From the NCBI GenBank assembly GCA_024278595.1, contig JAJRSW010000099.1, forward strand, positions 5,573-69,572: a DNA stretch of 64,000 nucleotides. Reading direction: 5' to 3'. This stretch comes from Fidelibacterota bacterium. GTDB taxonomy: Bacteria > Fidelibacterota > UBA8477 > JABMPR01. This document shows positions 62,044 to 64,000 of the stretch, one piece after another; within the stretch, counting starts at the first letter, position 1, and each line of letters begins with the position of its first letter. The position numbers and the translations under genes were made by a program. The notes under the pieces were generated by a model. That model saw nothing but the letters and a program-made list of their open reading frames with translations, was not told the origin of the DNA and ran no database searches.

Positions 62044-62056
62044 TCAAATGGATCTA

Positions 62057-64000
62057 TTAGCGAAGAATCCGTTCAAGATCGGGGTCAACTACTGGCCGGC
62101 ATCGACTGCTATCCAAATGTGGTCGAACTGGAATTCTGAAGAAATAGCAGCTGATTTCAGACAGATGAGCGGAGCAGGTTTTGATCTGGTTCGCTTTTTT
62201 CTTTTTACCCCCGACTTTGTCAAGAATGGCCAGGTCGACCCGCTTCAATTAGAACACTATGGAATCGTGCTGGAACACCTGGCAGCGGCTGGCCTATATG
62301 GCTTACCCACCCTGTTTGTTGGTCACATGTCCGGCCAGAACTATGGTGTCGATGGTTGGGAGGATGATGCTTTCTTTAATGACCCGGAAGTACTGGAACA
62401 ACAACAGGAATTTATCCGAGCGATTCTGAAAGCCTCGGCTAATTCGAAGTATATCGCTGGCTGGTCCCTGACAAATGAGATCCCCAATGAATTCCCAGGT
62501 AACAATACGGCTGAGGTAAGCGCCTGGTTCAGGACGATCAGCGCATTATTTCGTGATCTGGATCCACGACCTCTGGTAATTGGTGATGGTGTCTGGTCAC
62601 CTGAAATTACCGGAGCAAGCAGTCCAAATGCTCTGGAGCCATCGGCTAATTACCTGCTCAGTGAACTGGCTCCCCTTCAAGACACCCTGGGGGTCCATTT
62701 CTATCCCCGCTATGATGACTATTGGCCCCAAGCCTACACAGCCAGCTTTCGGATACTGATGGCCAGGTCCTGGAAAGATGATGTATTCCTGGAGGAATTT
62801 GGTCATTCCATTGCAATGGGCTCAGAAGAAAATCAAGCCCTTTACTATCGGGAAGTCCTGTTTAGTGCCCTTCAAGCGGGCGCCTCGGCAGCTCTGAATT
62901 GGTGCTGGACAGATTTCGAGAAACCAGATTTGCGACCCTATCTCCATAATACCTTTGAAATGCGATTTGGTCTGCGGCGCTCTGATGGCAGCTATCGACC
63001 TGCCCTGAAAGAGATGCAGTCCATCAGTCAGTTGTCAAGCGATCTGTTTGCAGCAGGATGGGAGCCGGCTGCTCGAGACAGTTGGTTCATTATACCGGCA
63101 TTCTACTATCATTCATACCCCTTTGACTGGGACCGGGACACGGATGAGAAATATAACTTATACCTACATACTTATGGCGCGCTGGCCAGTGCTGGTGCTA
63201 CACCCTTGTGTATTCATGAACCTGGTGTCGCGTATCGTACACAGGATCATGATAATTGTTTTACACATACTACCTCCTTTGGGCAAGTGCCGGCCACAAT
63301 GTGGCTCCCCGCTTTGAAACGGCTCAGTGCGCCATTTTGGCAAGAAATTCTGGACAATGTAAGCAAGGGAGCAACGCTTTACGCCAGCTTCGCTACCGAC
63401 CACTGGATGGTCGATCTGGATGAGATCCTGGGTATCAAATCAAATTTACGCTTTGGCTTACCTGAGTTTTATCCGGATAGCATGCTGACCATCTCCAGTC
63501 CCTGCTCATGGGGTCCTCTGGGAGATAAAACACTATCCATTCCACTGGGAGAACAACGCAACACACGCGCTTTGGGGTATCTTCCCTGTCAGTCGCTAAC
63601 AGCCGTAACCTTATTAGAGGATTCAGCAGGTCGGCCGCTGCTAATTCGCAAGAGTCTGGGCCAAGGCCATATCTATTATTCACTATTCCCGTTTGAAATG
63701 CTTATGACACTGAGTTGTGATGAAGCAGTACGATCATTTGTTACCACAATGTATGCCGGTATCAGGGAATCAGAAATGGAACAAGGCTCCAGTTGCCACA
63801 CAACAGCCGCTGAGTTCCTGCGCTATCAGCGCAATGCTGAGATCAAAGAATTTATATTTAACCATGCCTGGGAGCAGCGAGTTTTTCAGGTAGGGGTAAA
63901 GGATAGAAACAAACCCATTAAGAATATTCGGGTTGAATTGCCCCCGAAGTCTTTTTGTGAAGTCGATACAAGTCAATCCACAACAGCTGGAGTAAAGGTT
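62057..64000 (+). CDS. Glycoside hydrolase with a TIM-barrel clan GH-A domain (GH5/GH42-like). Partial; it continues beyond the window end.
   Basis: Open frame from ATG 62057 to the window end with no stop. FKIGVNYWP; catalytic acid/base block SLTNEIPNEF (NE); nucleophile block VFLEEFGHS (EF). Confidence 0.6.

Overview
This 64-kb window looks like chromosomal DNA from an uncultured bacterium of the FCB group or a Bacteroidota-related lineage. A T9SS C-terminal sorting domain, a TonB-dependent receptor, weak RBSs and about 47% GC support that placement. Its metabolism appears to be anaerobic amino-acid fermentation: a 4-subunit-type 2-oxoacid:ferredoxin oxidoreductase, NADP-glutamate dehydrogenase, an AlaDH/PNT-family dehydrogenase and a CoA-transferase are all present. 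Coding density is high, with about 45 CDS. Housekeeping genes include gdhA, typA, cysE-cysK, rnhA, an RlmL-like rRNA methyltransferase, a PduO-type corrinoid adenosyltransferase, an M1 aminopeptidase and an AGCS Na+/alanine symporter. I found no rRNA, tRNA or CRISPR array.

Three things stand out:
- (i) An 8-kb minus-strand operon (47439-55701) encodes four paralogous B12-binding radical SAM enzymes, a SAM methyltransferase and two GNAT/Fem-like acyltransferases. It converges on a PLP-dependent decarboxylase and a small acyl-amino-acid-synthase-like gene. This is a candidate novel biosynthetic or modification cluster.
- (ii) Two families of short non-coding interspersed repeats are present. 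One is about 175 bp, with 3 good copies plus 1 degenerate copy; in every case the same end faces the start of a neighbouring gene, so it likely carries an outward promoter. The other is 160-320 bp, with at least 4 copies, about 19-bp terminal inverted repeats (TTGACGCCCCCGCAGAAAG) and an internal 24-bp tandem array of variable copy number (0-5 units). Two inverted copies of this second family bracket a hybrid histidine-kinase gene.
- (iii) A conserved structured motif of about 75 nt occurs in the 5' leaders of two adjacent minus-strand genes (the AGCS transporter and an IMPase/CysQ-like gene).

Other oddities:
- A frameshifted CoA-transferase gene.
- A protein of more than 1440 aa in which an acyl-CoA synthetase is fused to an unknown domain; it is truncated at the window edge.
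- A REC-REC-PPDK_N 'response regulator' without a phosphohistidine domain.
- A 2H-phosphoesterase paired with an unknown 519-aa protein.
- A small glycoside-hydrolase locus with a LacI regulator.
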